Assembly: GCA_004431415.1 (NCBI GenBank)
Contig: QPMI01000193.1
Span: forward strand, 1 to 64,000
Length of the DNA stretch: 64,000 bases
DNA from: Cyanophora paradoxa CCMP329
Lineage: Eukaryota > Plantae > Glaucophyta
Direction: 5' to 3'
The translations under genes and the position numbers were made by a program. Positions 12,036 through 23,759 of the stretch are shown piece after piece; positions within the stretch are counted from its first letter, which is position 1; every line of letters starts with the position of its first letter. Under the pieces are notes generated by a model. It was not told the origin of the DNA. It searched no databases and saw nothing but the letters and a program-made list of their open reading frames with translations.

Positions 12036-13004
12036 CTAGCAGAGCTTCGTGAAGAAGTGACCTGCGCACGCGAGAAGCGATCGCTCAGGGCAGGCCATGT
12101 GCGACGGCACGGGTGGAGAGGGGCATGCAGCTATGAGAGCTCTAGGAGGCTAGCTTCGTGCAAGCGATAGCGCACCGCCAATGTTTCCGCCACGCATTGC
12201 CCGGTACACATTCTGCTCGAAGAGCCTCCTGTTCTCGCGCAGCAGGTCGGCTGCCTCTGCTCGCGCACCCCGCGATCAGCAAGCTCGTAGCGAAAGCCGA
12301 GCGAGATCGCGCGGACCCTTGTTCAGCGGGTCATCGGGATTCGGTTCCTGGAGGGAGCTGTGAGCGGCGCACGCGCAAATCGTGCGGGAAGGCGAGGAGC
12401 AAGTCGCCAGCGTGCGAGCGGACCAGGAACAGGAACTGCAGCCCGTAAATGATTGCGTTGATGTTCAGAACAGGCTTCCAGTCCTCGCGCAGGATGTTCA
12501 AGCACACATTGCCTTCAAGGTCAATGTTTGGGTGGTAGACCTGCTCAGCGCAATGAGCGCAGCATCGAAGACTGCGTGCGCGGAAGCGTTCGGTCGCAGT
12601 GCACCTTCGTCTCGCACTTGACCTTCGGCGGTTCATGCGGGTAGTTCGAAGGCACCTTGAACGAGAAGGGGAAGGTGCCGCCCTTGTAGAAGCCCTCGTC
12701 CGGCGAGATGAGCACGCGGAAGTTCATGATATCATCAGCGCTCGCAAACTCCGTCTTCACCGTCGGGGGCAGGCTCAGCTCGCTGATGTCTGCATGCGAA
12801 AGTTCGCCACCGCGCGGCGGAAGACTTCAGCCGCTGAAGAGCAGACGGACGTGCTACAAGCGAGCGGCTGCCGGCGGCAGACGCAGGCGATGGCGCACCT
12901 TTCTGGATGCGGATTTCGCCAGGCGTGGTCTTCTTTCCAGATCCGCTGGCCTTCGACGCTGCATCGTCCTTCTTCTGCTGCTTTAGACTGAAGAGCTTGA
13001 TCAT
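12036..13004 (-). CDS. UBC12: NEDD8/RUB1-conjugating E2 enzyme UBC12 (UBE2M/RCE1), 6 exons
   Basis: Exons 13004-12899, 12789-12605, 12540-12424, 12347-12317, 12256-12176, 12061-12036. Diagnostic N-terminus [12 protein letters not shown], active-site region [25 protein letters not shown], then [21 protein letters not shown]; all GT-AG. Confidence 0.97.
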
Positions 13005-13134
13005 ATCTAAAGTCTCTGTGCGACGCTGCAGCTGGGCCAACCTCGCTGGGGTACAGCAGAATATTTGCAACTTTGCAGTAGCAAGAGCGGGCTGGAACGG
13101 ACACGAATGCGGAGAGCCTAGGCACTCCAAAGCC
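13005..13134. promoter_or_regulatory. Putative bidirectional promoter between UBC12 and the truncated dynein copy
   Basis: 130 nt between divergent ATGs (13004 on -, 13135 on +). Confidence 0.55.
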
Positions 13135-14972
13135 ATGGTACGGGAGGCCCCTCTCTATCTCCGCCCACCTCGCGAGCTCGGGCTTGTGTACGTCGGAGCA
13201 CAGGCCGGAAGTTTACGAAGCCTCGAGCGAGCAGCCGCGAGCTAGATTCGTCGATAGACGCTGGTGGCGATCAGTCAGGCCCTAAGCTAGTCCCGGGACA
13301 CTTAAACTGGCAGCGACAGCTGGCTTCCGTGCCGCACATTGACCCCGCTGCCCGCAGACTGGCGGCGCCGCGTCCACCTCCAGCTGGGTGGCCGCGAACG
13401 TCCGCGGAACCCCTCCGCCTGCGAGGGCCGGGCACTCGCTCAGCCTCATCCAATCCTCGCGGCGGGTGATTCTCTTCGGCGGGTGTGGCTCGCTCGGCCC
13501 GGCAAGGGCGGCGGACGTACAACGACACATGGTTGCTTCAGCTTCCCGACCGCGACAATGGTGCGAATATGCGCGATCTAAAGTGGGGCCCCACCCTCCC
13601 ATCGCTGCGTGGCTCTCAGCGCATCTAGTCGCCCCTAAAGCGGCTCCAAAGCCTCAGAATGAGATTTTCAATCCAGCGAACCTCGGCGAACGCTTAGCTC
13701 GGGCCGCGGCTGACGCCGTGGTTCCGCGCAGACGCCCTCGAGTGGAAGCAGCTGGAGACGCGGGGGGAAGCCCCGCCCGCGCGCTGGCGACACACAGCGA
13801 ACGTGATTGAAGACAAGACGCTCGTCGTCTTCGGTGGGCTTTCCGGCGGCAAGCGATTCGCCGACGTTTACACGCTGGACCTCGGTCGGCGGAACCCGAC
13901 CCCCTCTCTGGCGCCGCGCGCTTAGCCGCGCGCAGAGACGAGCGTGTGGACGCGGATCGAGTGCAAGGGGGCCGTACCGCCGCCGCGGGCGCACCACTCG
14001 GCGACCCTCGTGGGGCGGATGCTCTACGTCTTCGGGGGGTACGGCGGCCAGGGCGTCTTCCACGGCGAGCTCTATGTCCTCGAGATCGGTGCGCGTACCC
14101 CCCTTCGCCCCCTTCCGCGGGGCTCGAGCCGGGCGGGGGCAGACACGTGGACGTGGGTTAAGCCGGCGACAAAGGGACGGCGCCGTGCGCGCGGTCGGAC
14201 CACATGGCGGCCTTTGCGAACGGCCGCATCGCCTTCTACGGCGGCCAGGACGGCAAGAACGCCTACTGCGACATGCACCTCCTCGGTCCGCGCCGCGCCA
14301 CCGCCCATCGCCCCCGCCGCGGCGCGGCCCGCGCCGACGCGGGGGCCCGGGTACAGAGATCGAGAGCCTGACGTGGACGCGCGTCGGGGGAGAGGAGCTG
14401 CCCTCGTGGGGGGCCCAGCCGCTCTCCTCGGGCTCCATCGAGACGGTCGAGTCCGTCCCCGACTGGAAGGCGTTCGTCTTCGGTACACCCCGCCCCCCCG
14501 CCCCGCCCCCTCCCCCCCCCCCCCCCCCCCCCCCCCCCCAACCTCCCCGGCTCCCCGTCCTTGCCCGTTCGAATGAACGCGTTTCCGCCAGGCGGGCGCA
14601 CCGACTTCATGAAGTTCACGAACGCGGTGTCTCTCGTCGACATGGGTTCGTTCTTTCTCGCCACCCCCGTCCGACGTCGACGGCTCACGCGCCCCTGCAG
14701 GGAGCATGTCGTTCTCGCCCGTCTCGTGCTCTGGAACCGCGCCGAGCTCCCGCGAGGACTCCGCGATGATCTACGATGCGAAGGTGCCCCGCCCGGACTC
14801 GAGCCGGCGCCTCTCCCGTTGCCGACGGGGCTCGCGCCGGCAGTCCTCCCGGATGCTCCTGTTCGGCGGCTGGAACAACAAGTGGCTGGCCGGGCAAGCA
14901 TGCCGACATCCTCGCAGCGCGATCGTGCATCCTTCAGCAGGATTCAGCTGGTCTCGTCTGCGCATGCTGTAA
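13135..14972 (+). pseudogene. Truncated duplicate of the dynein 5' end (first Kelch propeller only) fused to a short novel tail
   Basis: Matches 36238-37996 up to [12 protein letters not shown] (14892), then reads GQACRHPRSAIVHPSAGFSWSRLRML* (TAA 14970-14972). Has a few 1-nt deletions relative to the intact copy (near 13500, 13513, 14175). Confidence 0.85.
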
Positions 14973-14988
14973 TGTGCCTCAGTGCACG
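14898..14988. repeat. Imperfect ~90-bp inverted repeat, left arm
   Basis: gcatgccgacatcctcgcagcgcgatcgtgcatccttcagcaggattcagctggtctcgtctgcgcatgc... is the imperfect reverse complement of 15891-15979. Confidence 0.9.
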
Positions 14989-15890
14989 CTGTGCAACGCC
15001 TTGGACAGACTTGCGAGAGATATCGATTTCGAAGCGTGCGCAACCCGCACCATGCTTCCAGACAACAGAGGGCGGCTGATGCGCAATGCGCTTTCGCACA
15101 GCAGCTGGACAAGGCCGCGACCGATTCGATGCACGGCCGCGGCGAACGCGCTTCGCCGCCCGAAACGACAGTTGCGCGGCTTCGGCGGAGACTGGCGTTG
15201 CACAGAATGATGTACGCGATTACTGGAGAATGAGAGCCCAGCCGCTCGCTGCGCGCTGCACGGTGGCGGAATTCCGGAAGAGGACAAGGCGCCTCGGAGG
15301 CTCCCGGCGTCGTGCGCCACTTAGAAGGCCCGGAACAGCATCCCGCGTGACGGCTGCGTCACTTGCTGTTCTCCGCGGCGCCGCAAGACGAAGGACGACA
15401 CACGCAAGCCACCCCCGGGGCGAACTGATGAGGGGGTACAGTCGACGCGGCAGGCAGCTTTGCCCACGCGCGGATCTCCCGGGACCGAGAGCGAGGGAGA
15501 AAGCTGTATTCATCACACAAGACGGGAAACCCGCTTCTCCTGGCAGCGCGCGGGAGCGGAAGGAGAGCGTTCCCGGTCAGGTCCCGGTCAGGGCTCATAC
15601 GCAGCCCGCTGAAGTGCGTGTTATTCAACCGCACCACTGCAGCTCTCGGAGACGCGTCGGTGCCGTCACAGCGTCCAGCTGCAGCGAACAACTTCCGCGT
15701 AACATGGTGGAAGACCCTGCGCGTACTTCAACGTAGGCCCTTTGAAGCGCGTGCTCAACGGTTATTCAACCGCAGCACTTCAGCGAACGATTGCCGCGCT
15801 ACAGGGTTCGCATCCCATCGCATCGTCGCGTAGTCGCGCTTGCGGTCACTCATAGTCTTCCTGCGGCAAGCCCATCGCGCTGAAGCCCAT

Positions 15891-15979
15891 CGCGCTGAGG
15901 CCTTCTACTGCATGCGCAGACGAGACTAGTTGAATCCTGCTGAAGTGTGTACGATCGCGCTGTGAGGATGTCGGCATGC
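15891..15979. repeat. Imperfect ~90-bp inverted repeat, right arm (overlaps the 5' end of AP2 gene B)
   Basis: ...gcatgcgcagacgagactagttgaatcctgctgaagtgtgtacgatcgcgctgtgaggatgtcggcatgc. Both arms translate MPTSSQRDRxxFSRIQLVSSAHAV in opposite directions. Confidence 0.9.
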
Positions 15980-18900
15980 CTTCCGCGCTCGGATGACCCG
16001 AGCTCGCACTGCGGTGCGCCCGAGCCCCTCGCTCTGCCGCGCGAGCTGTCGCGCACCGGCGGAAGCGCGCTCTGACGCCGAGCCACGTCGCAGACGAAGC
16101 TGGTGCGGGACCGCTGGCGCCGTCACCGGAGATGGGGGAGGAGCCGGCCGCTGCCGCGACCGCGCTCGGAAAGCGCGGCGCGCCCGCGGCCGCAGGACCC
16201 GAGGGCGGCCCGCCGTCTCCCAAGCGGGCGAGGAGCGTGCCTGGCGAGGAGGCTCCCGACTCGCCGGAGGAGGCTTGGCCGCCGCCGGGCGGCGCTCCCG
16301 GCGCGCGCGAGGCGTCGGCCCCAAGCTTGCCGGGGGTACCCCCACCCGGCGGGGGCCCGCCGCAGCCGCAGCCGCCGCCCTCGCCGCTCGCGGTGCCCGT
16401 CGACGCGTCCTGGAGCGCGTGGTCGCAGCTGAGCGCCGACCCGACCCTCTCCTGCGAGCCCCCCGAGAGCCTGTGGCCCCAGCCCATCGCCCCCACCCCG
16501 AGCCCCGTACCCCCGGAGGGCGACCTCGCGGGGCCGTCGGGCACGCAGCTCTCCGCGTCGCTCTCGCAGTCCACCGCGCTCCCCGCCGCGCCGACACGTA
16601 CCCCCTCCCCCGCCGTCCCGACACGTACCCCCTCCCCCGCCGCCCCGACCCGTACCCCTCCCCCGCCGCCCCGACCCGTACCCCTCTCCCGTCGCCCCGA
16701 CCCGTACCCCCTCCCCGCCGCCCCGACCCGTAACCCCTCTCCCGCTGTCCCGACCTGTACCCCCTCTCCTGCTGTCCCGACCTGTGCCCCCTCTCCCGCT
16801 GTCCCGACACGTACCCCCTCCCCGCTGTCCCGACCTGTGCCCCCTCCCCCGCCGCCCCGACCCGTACCCCCTCTCCCGCCGCCCCGACCCGCACCCCCTC
16901 TTCATCCGAGCCTCCCGTACCCCTGCAGGAGGCCGCCCCCCATGGCCAGCTCCGAGACCCCGGGCTCGCGCCAACCTCGCAGGACCCCCTCTCTTCTTCG
17001 GACGCTCTGGGAGCCGCCCCCGCCGCATCTGCCGCCCCGCTAGCGCTTCACCCTCGCGCTCCGAGCCTCGATGCCCGTACCCCCTCTGCCGCGGTGGAGG
17101 AGCCCGCCCTTCCTCCTGCTCTTCCTTCCGAGGGACCTCCGCCTCCCGCCCCTCCCGCCGCCGCTGGCGGCGGCTCTTCTTGCGCGGCGCTCCACCCCTC
17201 CATCGCTGCGATTCGCCACCCGGCGTTCGCCCGCGGGCGGCCCCCGCCCCGGCCCGTCCCCGAGTCCTTCGTCAATCCCAATGGCTGGGCCACGCCCCGC
17301 CCCGGCCCCGATCCCTCCGCCAATCCCCATCCCCCGAAGCGGAGCTTCGTATCGTGCACCGACGTGGTCCAGGCCCCGGCCCTCCTGCAACCTTCCCAAT
17401 TACCGCCGGTCCCCTCTCAACAAAACCTCGTTACCCCGGCCCTCCCGGCCGTGGTGTACAGGGGCGTCGAGCCGGGGCCCAACGGCACCGTCAGAGCGGC
17501 CTTCCTTTGGCGGCGCCATCTGGTAAGCCACGCCGGCACCTGTCCGTCCGAGCTCGGGAGCCCGAAACATCCTCCTGCAGATATGTACCGAATTTGGATT
17601 AAATGCGACAGTCGCCGCTCGGAGGCATGACAGGATCGCGATCGCCTGTCTCGGGCCCGTCGCTGCTATGGCCGTGTGCAACTTCCCCGTGACAGGTGCC
17701 GTCCACCACGTCCTTTGTCATTTTGAGCCCGTGTCATGCTAACCGGTATCGCAGAATATGCGCCCGACACGTTCTACCGGCGGATGTTCCATACTGCAGA
17801 CAGCGGCGACCGCCCTTCCGTTGGGTGTCACGATGACTTCTCTGCTCAGGTGAGGCGTCATTCTGCTCCTCTCCTTTCCTCCGTCACCCGCTCTTGCCGC
17901 AGCCACTCGAGGCCGCCAAGCGAGTCGCAGGTTTTCTGTGCGGCCCTCGCATTCCTGGCGCACCTTGAGCGTCCGTCTCTCACGTGCGCGAGCGTCTGGC
18001 CGCAGTTTCGCGATTGGGGAGATCGGAAATAGGTTCACATGCTCCCTTGTCCTTGCGCTCATGATTTCCACATCGACATCTCTAATCCTGAGACTTCTCC
18101 AGGCCACCTGTGGTGCTCCACGAGAGCGAGAAGGGACGTGTACCTGTGCCATCCGCTGCAGCCAGGACCAAGGACCGCCCATCGCAGCCGCTGGCGCCAG
18201 CCGCAAGTTGGATCCTCACTCAGCGCTCTAAAAAGCAGCGACTCACGCAGACTAAGCCTGCAGCACCGGAAGTGAAAGCAGCCGTGGCCGGCCCTGCCGG
18301 CAGCTCAAATCCGCCGGTCGACGTCAGCCCTGCCGAACTTGTTGCGCTCGTCGCTAAGGCGAAGAAATACTTCACGCCCTCTTTCGTGCGCGTGCCCCTT
18401 GCTCGCGGGCCGCTGTGATGCCTTCAAACCCTGCCTGACCCCTGCGTATACGTATCCGCTGCCAGGTCGCGACGCTGCAGGAACACCATCAGGCAAAGTT
18501 CGACGAGTGCAAGAGCGCCTTCAGAATTCTCTTCAAAGTGTCGTCGAACGTCAAATTCCCCCTCGAGGTCGCCACCCAATCTCGAGCGCCCTCCAGATCC
18601 GTCTTCATGACGCCGACGCGCCCTGCAGGACTTCCTCAGGAACGGGAAGACCCCCGAGCTGGAGAGCGCGCCGGAGGCGGACCGGCCGACGTGGAAGCAC
18701 CTCGCCTTCGTGTCGGAGCAGTGGCTTATCCTCACCGGCACCTTCCTCTCGGGCGTTCTGGCGGAGCTCGAGGAGCAGTCGGCCCTGACGGCGTCGACCT
18801 TGGCCTCATCGGCTCCAGCGCCCGTCGCAACCGCACCATCTTCAGTCTCAGCCGCCCGGCTACCGGGCCCCGCCGCACCGCCGTCGATCTCAGCCGCTGG

Positions 18901-21581
18901 TCCAGTCGCCCGCGAGCCCCCACGCTCCAAGCACACAGCTCGTCCAGTCTCCCATGGCCATGGGCCCCCAAGCTTGAGCTCCAAGCGTACAGCTACGAAG
19001 GGCCCGTCGTCAGCCGCGACGTCGACGGCCAATCTCGCCTGCGGGGAACCCAAGTCTCGTTCAGCACCCGCCGCAGCCTCAGCTTCAGCACCAGCGTCCG
19101 CGCTGACATCGATGGCGCCAGCCGCAGGTTCGACCGCAGCGTCGAATAACGGCAGGACCCCCGTTCCCACGCCACCCCAATCGACTGTTGGCGCAGGCTT
19201 TTCGAGTCCCCGGTACAAGTTGCACGCACAGAGCGCATCCTTCAAATATAGGGGCTCCCGCCTCTGTCACTTCAGCGGTGCGCACCCGCATCTAGATCTC
19301 CTGCAATTCAAGCTCAAACTTCCCTTAATGGCGTTGTATTCGTGCAGCGGAATTGACGGCCTTCGCGATGCCTTCTCGTTCGTTCCCGGCCTGTTGACTC
19401 TTGGATTATCGACCAGATCATGCTGTCGACCCTAACCCTGCACGCGTGCGCTCAGGTCTTTTCATCGCCCTCGCAAAAGACGACCGCTCCCCCCCGGTGC
19501 TGGTGGTCGACAACGCGCCCCTCATTCAGATTGCGATGAAGTGCGCGCCGCCAACTGAAAGCAATTCTGGTCCTCCAGCCTCTTCCTGATCATCTGGGGT
19601 TGCCACAGACTCGATCCCTCCGGATCCGAGGCCTCGTTCATTTCTGGCGAGTTCATCGATTTCGACGTTGTTCTTCTACGTGCGGCCGTTTTTGACTGGC
19701 TATAGGAATAAATCGGCTTTCCTATTCATGTGGTGCTCAAATGGCGGTGCGCTCGCAGAGAAGAACGGCCTGGAAGTCGGCACAACGGTGTCGGGCCAGC
19801 CCGCTCCCGTCCGGCTCTATGTGAACCCGGGAAGTAAAGTGGTGCGTCACGTCGTCGCCACATGAGCATGAACGTTTAACCGCCGCGACTTGAATCAATT
19901 GCAGCATTCTCTAACTGTTAGCTTTTCCGGTCACTCGCCTGCTGCTTTTCACGAATATGTCGCAGAAGTTCCGGATGCCGCTGGACATCGCACGTGGCTC
20001 CGTTCTCGTGGAAGTATTCGTGAATCCGCTACCCCGTCTGATCGAAGCCGAGCCACTCCAGCTCTGCCTCCGGTGCGATTGTCAGTGCTAGCGTCGCGAG
20101 AGACTCTTCAATTTTAGTACCTTTCCCCGGCGTCCAACTGTAGTCGTGAAGAACCTAGCTTCGTCTGATGCCTTGGCGCCTTGCTGCAGTCCCGTAGAGC
20201 CCGCTCTCCCTCAGCTGCAAATCCGATTCGAGCCGATGTACTTTTGGAGTCAACACGCCGCAGAGGTGATTGTCGCGTCGGGTTGCTTTCAGGCGGGCCT
20301 AGGCTGCGTTCGCTTGCATCTGACTCTCCGCGCAGCGCCTGGGCCCGCGACTCGCGCTGAGCTCCCTGGCCATCTTGCAGACGCCTTCCGCCCCTGAGCC
20401 CGCACTGCAAGCTGCGGTGCGAGTGTGCCATGCATATGGACTTCCAGATCTTGAGTTTTTCCTGATGCCCGCGGCAGCATGCAGCGCGTGCTTCCGCATG
20501 CACACCATCGACGATGTCGAAGCTGTCGACGTTGACTGGGTTCGACCCGTCAGTGGATGCAGCGCGGGCGGTCGCCGCAAGTGGGGCGGTGCCGGCAACG
20601 ATCGCGGACGGCTCCGCCCACGCAACCGCGTCCTCCGCAAGCACCGCCACTGCCCCGCGGGACCCGGAGGTCCGTCTTTTTGCGGCCTCAACTCGCATGG
20701 GCGCCTCTTTGACGCCGGCGGCTCAGCTCTCTCTCCAAGTTCCTTCATCGACCAAGGACCCGTCATTCATGATCAATTGCAAGGCGATGGTGCAGCAGGC
20801 GGCTGCAGTGGCGGCGGTGGCGGCGCTCTCGGACGTCGACGCGAATGAGTCGCACAAGGCTCTGGAATGTGCAGCCGCGGCAGCGGCGAGCAAGTTGGCG
20901 GACCTGGCACTCGGCAACGCCTGCGTGCCAAATATAGGCGGCAGCGCGACGGCAGCGCGACAGCTCCACGATGGAGCCAGCACACTGCAGGAGCGCGACG
21001 GCCACCTGGCTCGAGCTCGGGAACGAGCGGCGGCAGTGCTCGCGGCGGCGGCGGCAGCGGGCCGCTCGTCTGCACAGCCTGGCCATGGGCGGACGGTGGC
21101 AGAGAGGGTTCGCTCCAGCGCCCCGGATCCAGGGCCGGCGGGGGCGGCCGCGCCTGCCGCGTTCAAGGACGGGAGGTACGAGTGCGGGCGCTGCAGCGGC
21201 GGCTTCCCCTCCAGCGTCGCCCTCTACGAGCACCTCGTCCTCTGCCGGCCCCGGGGCCCCGCGTCCGCGAGCGCCGCGGCGGCAGCAGCAGGCGCCGATG
21301 CGGCGCCGGTGAGGAACGCAGACGCTGCGGGCCTGGCGCCCCACGCAATCCTGACTGCAACGTTCTCAATGCCGGCGGCGGCCTCGCAACAGCAGCTGGC
21401 CTCTGCCGCAGCCTCCGTCCCGGAACCGAGGATCCGGGCAGGCGAATCGAAGGCAGCAGATGGCAGCGCTTCGGAGGCGGCGGGGGCAGCTTCGATTGCT
21501 GTAGAGGCAGACGTCCCTCGTGGTACCCTTGCTGTTCCAGAGCAGGTACCGCCACAGCCACTCCATCCCAGCCGACCGTGA
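15968..21581 (+). CDS. AP2-domain / C2HC zinc-finger protein, paralog B (multi-exon; local frameshifts in C-rich repeats)
   Basis: MSACLPRSDDPSSHC|DEAGAG...MGEEP (intron 16014-16093); TRTPSPAxP repeats; split AP2 domain YRGVEPGPNGTVRAAFLWRRHL|ICTEFGLNATVAARRHDRIAIACLGPVAAMAVCNFP (intron 17523-17580); middle exons conserved with paralog A; YECGRCSGGFPSSVALYEHLVLC zinc finger; stop at 21581. Confidence 0.65.
16591..16895 (+). repeat. Coding minisatellite, ~27-nt unit (TRTPSPAxP), about 11 copies
   Basis: Repeated ccgac(a/c)cgtaccccctctcccgc(c/t)g(c/t)cc; about 6 copies in paralog A (26631-26800; 3615-3780). Confidence 0.85.
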
Positions 21582-23100
21582 TCATGATCAACTCTCTTTA
21601 TGAACAGGCACACACTTGCTTTGTTGCAGCTTGTCGCTGCGGTTGCATGTACATGTACTTTCAATGACTTTCAATAGCGTAGGAGTTGAATTTAGATCTG
21701 GATCAGCGTAGACTAGCACGCGGCGGCCTCTGCTCGGGCTCTGACTGCAGCTGGGCCGGCCGCCGGTTGGAAACGGGGTAGAGTAGTGAGGACCGGCGCC
21801 GGCGGCGGCGCGGCCCGGCGGGGCGCGCGCGCGCGCGCGTGCGGCGCGGGCCCGCGCCTGCGCATATATATACACGCGCGCACTGCCGGCGCGGCCCCGG
21901 CCCGCGCCTGCAGCTGCAGCCTGCAGCTGCATGCGCAGCTACCTATATATAGCGCTGCGCATGCGCAAACTACCTATAGCGCTGCGCATGCGCAAATCAT
22001 AGCTAGCGCTATAGTATGCATATGCATGCGCATGCCGGCCCGGCGGCGCCGCGCCTGCCAATTACTGCCGCCGGCCGGCGCGGCGCCGCGCCCGCACTGC
22101 CGGGCGGCGGGCGCCGGCGCCTGCACTGCTAGCGCGCTGGTGACGTCGACGCCTCGCGCGCAAGTCCAGCAAGCCGCTAGCCGGAGCTCAGCTATAGCTA
22201 CTAGCTACGCTGGCCAGCTAGCGAACCTGTCGGCTAGGTTGACGGCTAAATTGTGCGTATACGTATGTGTACCCGGTGGTCCTCGAGACTCGAAAAAATC
22301 CAACTCGCAGGAGCGATTTTTTTCCGCGTTCGGTACAACAGGTACTTGATGCGGCCTAGCGCGCCACGCGCTGCTTCCCGAGCGCTGGCATGTATGACAT
22401 GCTCTGTCGAGCATCGCAAGAGCTTTCTTATGCACTTGGTCCGGCCTCTATACGACGACAGGATCAGGCGCTGCAAGGGATAGTCCAGGAAAGGGTCCGG
22501 TCCTTTTTTCCGCGCAGCATTTTGCTCTTTCCGGGTTCTGACAACGAATTCCGGGCTCTCATGCATGCACTAACACGTGGTTAAGAGCTCGAAGCTGGAT
22601 CGGGAGATGAGCAGACTCGCCATTTTGTAAGTTACCGAAAACGGGGGCCCTACCCCGTTTCCAATCAGGGTACAGCTAGGCCTCTAAATTCGAATAGTCC
22701 AAGTTTCACGTTTAAGCCAGAAGCCTTTCAAGCCTTTCATGATCAGATGCAAGCCATGTTTTCACGTTTGAAGCCTTTCAAGAGCTAGATCAGACACACT
22801 GTATACGTACATAGATGCCAGGCGCCGGCTAGGTCACCGGGTAGATTCGCACATTTGAAGCTTCTTAAGCTTTCGAATCAGGCGGCCGCCGGGCCCGGCG
22901 GAGCTCAGGAGCTCCAGATGATCTCATCAGATCTCACTCTCAGCGACATCGCGCGGCCGCGGCAGTGGCTGGCATGCACGGGTCACTGCGCTAGCGCTCC
23001 TAGCCGGCCGAGGCCAGGCCTAGGCCTTGGGCCTGCGCATGCCCCACGAGAAATTCGTCACGGCGTCGAAATTAAAAATCAATAGTTCAGCTGCGGAAGC

Positions 23101-23727
23101 TTTTTTTTTTGAGAGACTACGGTGGGGCGAACCCCCCGTAGGTAGTGATATTAAAGACAACAAAGCAATCACAAATCAAAGATACAGTAAACTAGCACAA
23201 AATATATACAGAATCAAGAGGGATCACGAGAAGGGACACGATCAGAAGAACGCAAAAGATAATTATAAGGAGAACGAGCACGAGGAGAAGGAGTAGAAGA
23301 GCTCAAGGGCGTCGACGCAGAAGTACTAGTCACACTAGAACGACGAGGAGCACGGGGACGCAGCAAATAAGGAGAACGAGCACGAGGAACTACAGTCGAA
23401 GACGAAGATCTAGACGAAGACGACAAGACAGAGCTAACAGCAGAACTAGAAGACGTAGTCGCAGGAGGCAAAGGCGGAAGCAATCTATAGATATATCCAG
23501 GTTCTCAAAGTCCCTACGCCCTGTCATAGCATGTGGGGCCTTCGACACAGATTTTCCTGAGGCGTAGGGGGTGGGGCTCGTGAGGGGTGGGTGTGGACCC
23601 GGGGGATGTGGCATCAGGAACAAGTTGATGGAAAAAAAAGCACGAGTATCATTTCGAATCGATGAGCAAGAAATTACGAAGGGGAAGAAATCCAAATTCA
23701 CGCTGTCGATGGGAATGGGATTAGATC
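23101..23727 (-). mobile_element. Duplicate copy of the LINE-like 3' remnant
   Basis: T10 at 23101-23110; same sequence as 124-750. Confidence 0.4.
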
Positions 23728-23759
23728 CTGCACTAAGTCCCTGAGTCCTGGAGAGCACA

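Larger units (their letters stand above)
1..14892. repeat. Segmental tandem duplication, upstream copy (left end lies outside the window)
   Basis: Position 1 (acgggtcactgcg) matches 22978. Identity continues to ...aagtggctggccg at 14892 = 37996. The ORF track repeats with an offset of 22976-23104. Confidence 0.95.

Noticed and set aside
14898-15979. MITE or autonomous TIR transposon
   Set aside because: No TSD or transposase seen; the right arm is continuous with the AP2-gene 5' region that is homologous in paralog A. Kept as an inverted-repeat finding instead.
16591-16895. CRISPR-like array
   Set aside because: Contiguous 27-nt units with no unique spacers, no cas genes, and a eukaryotic context.
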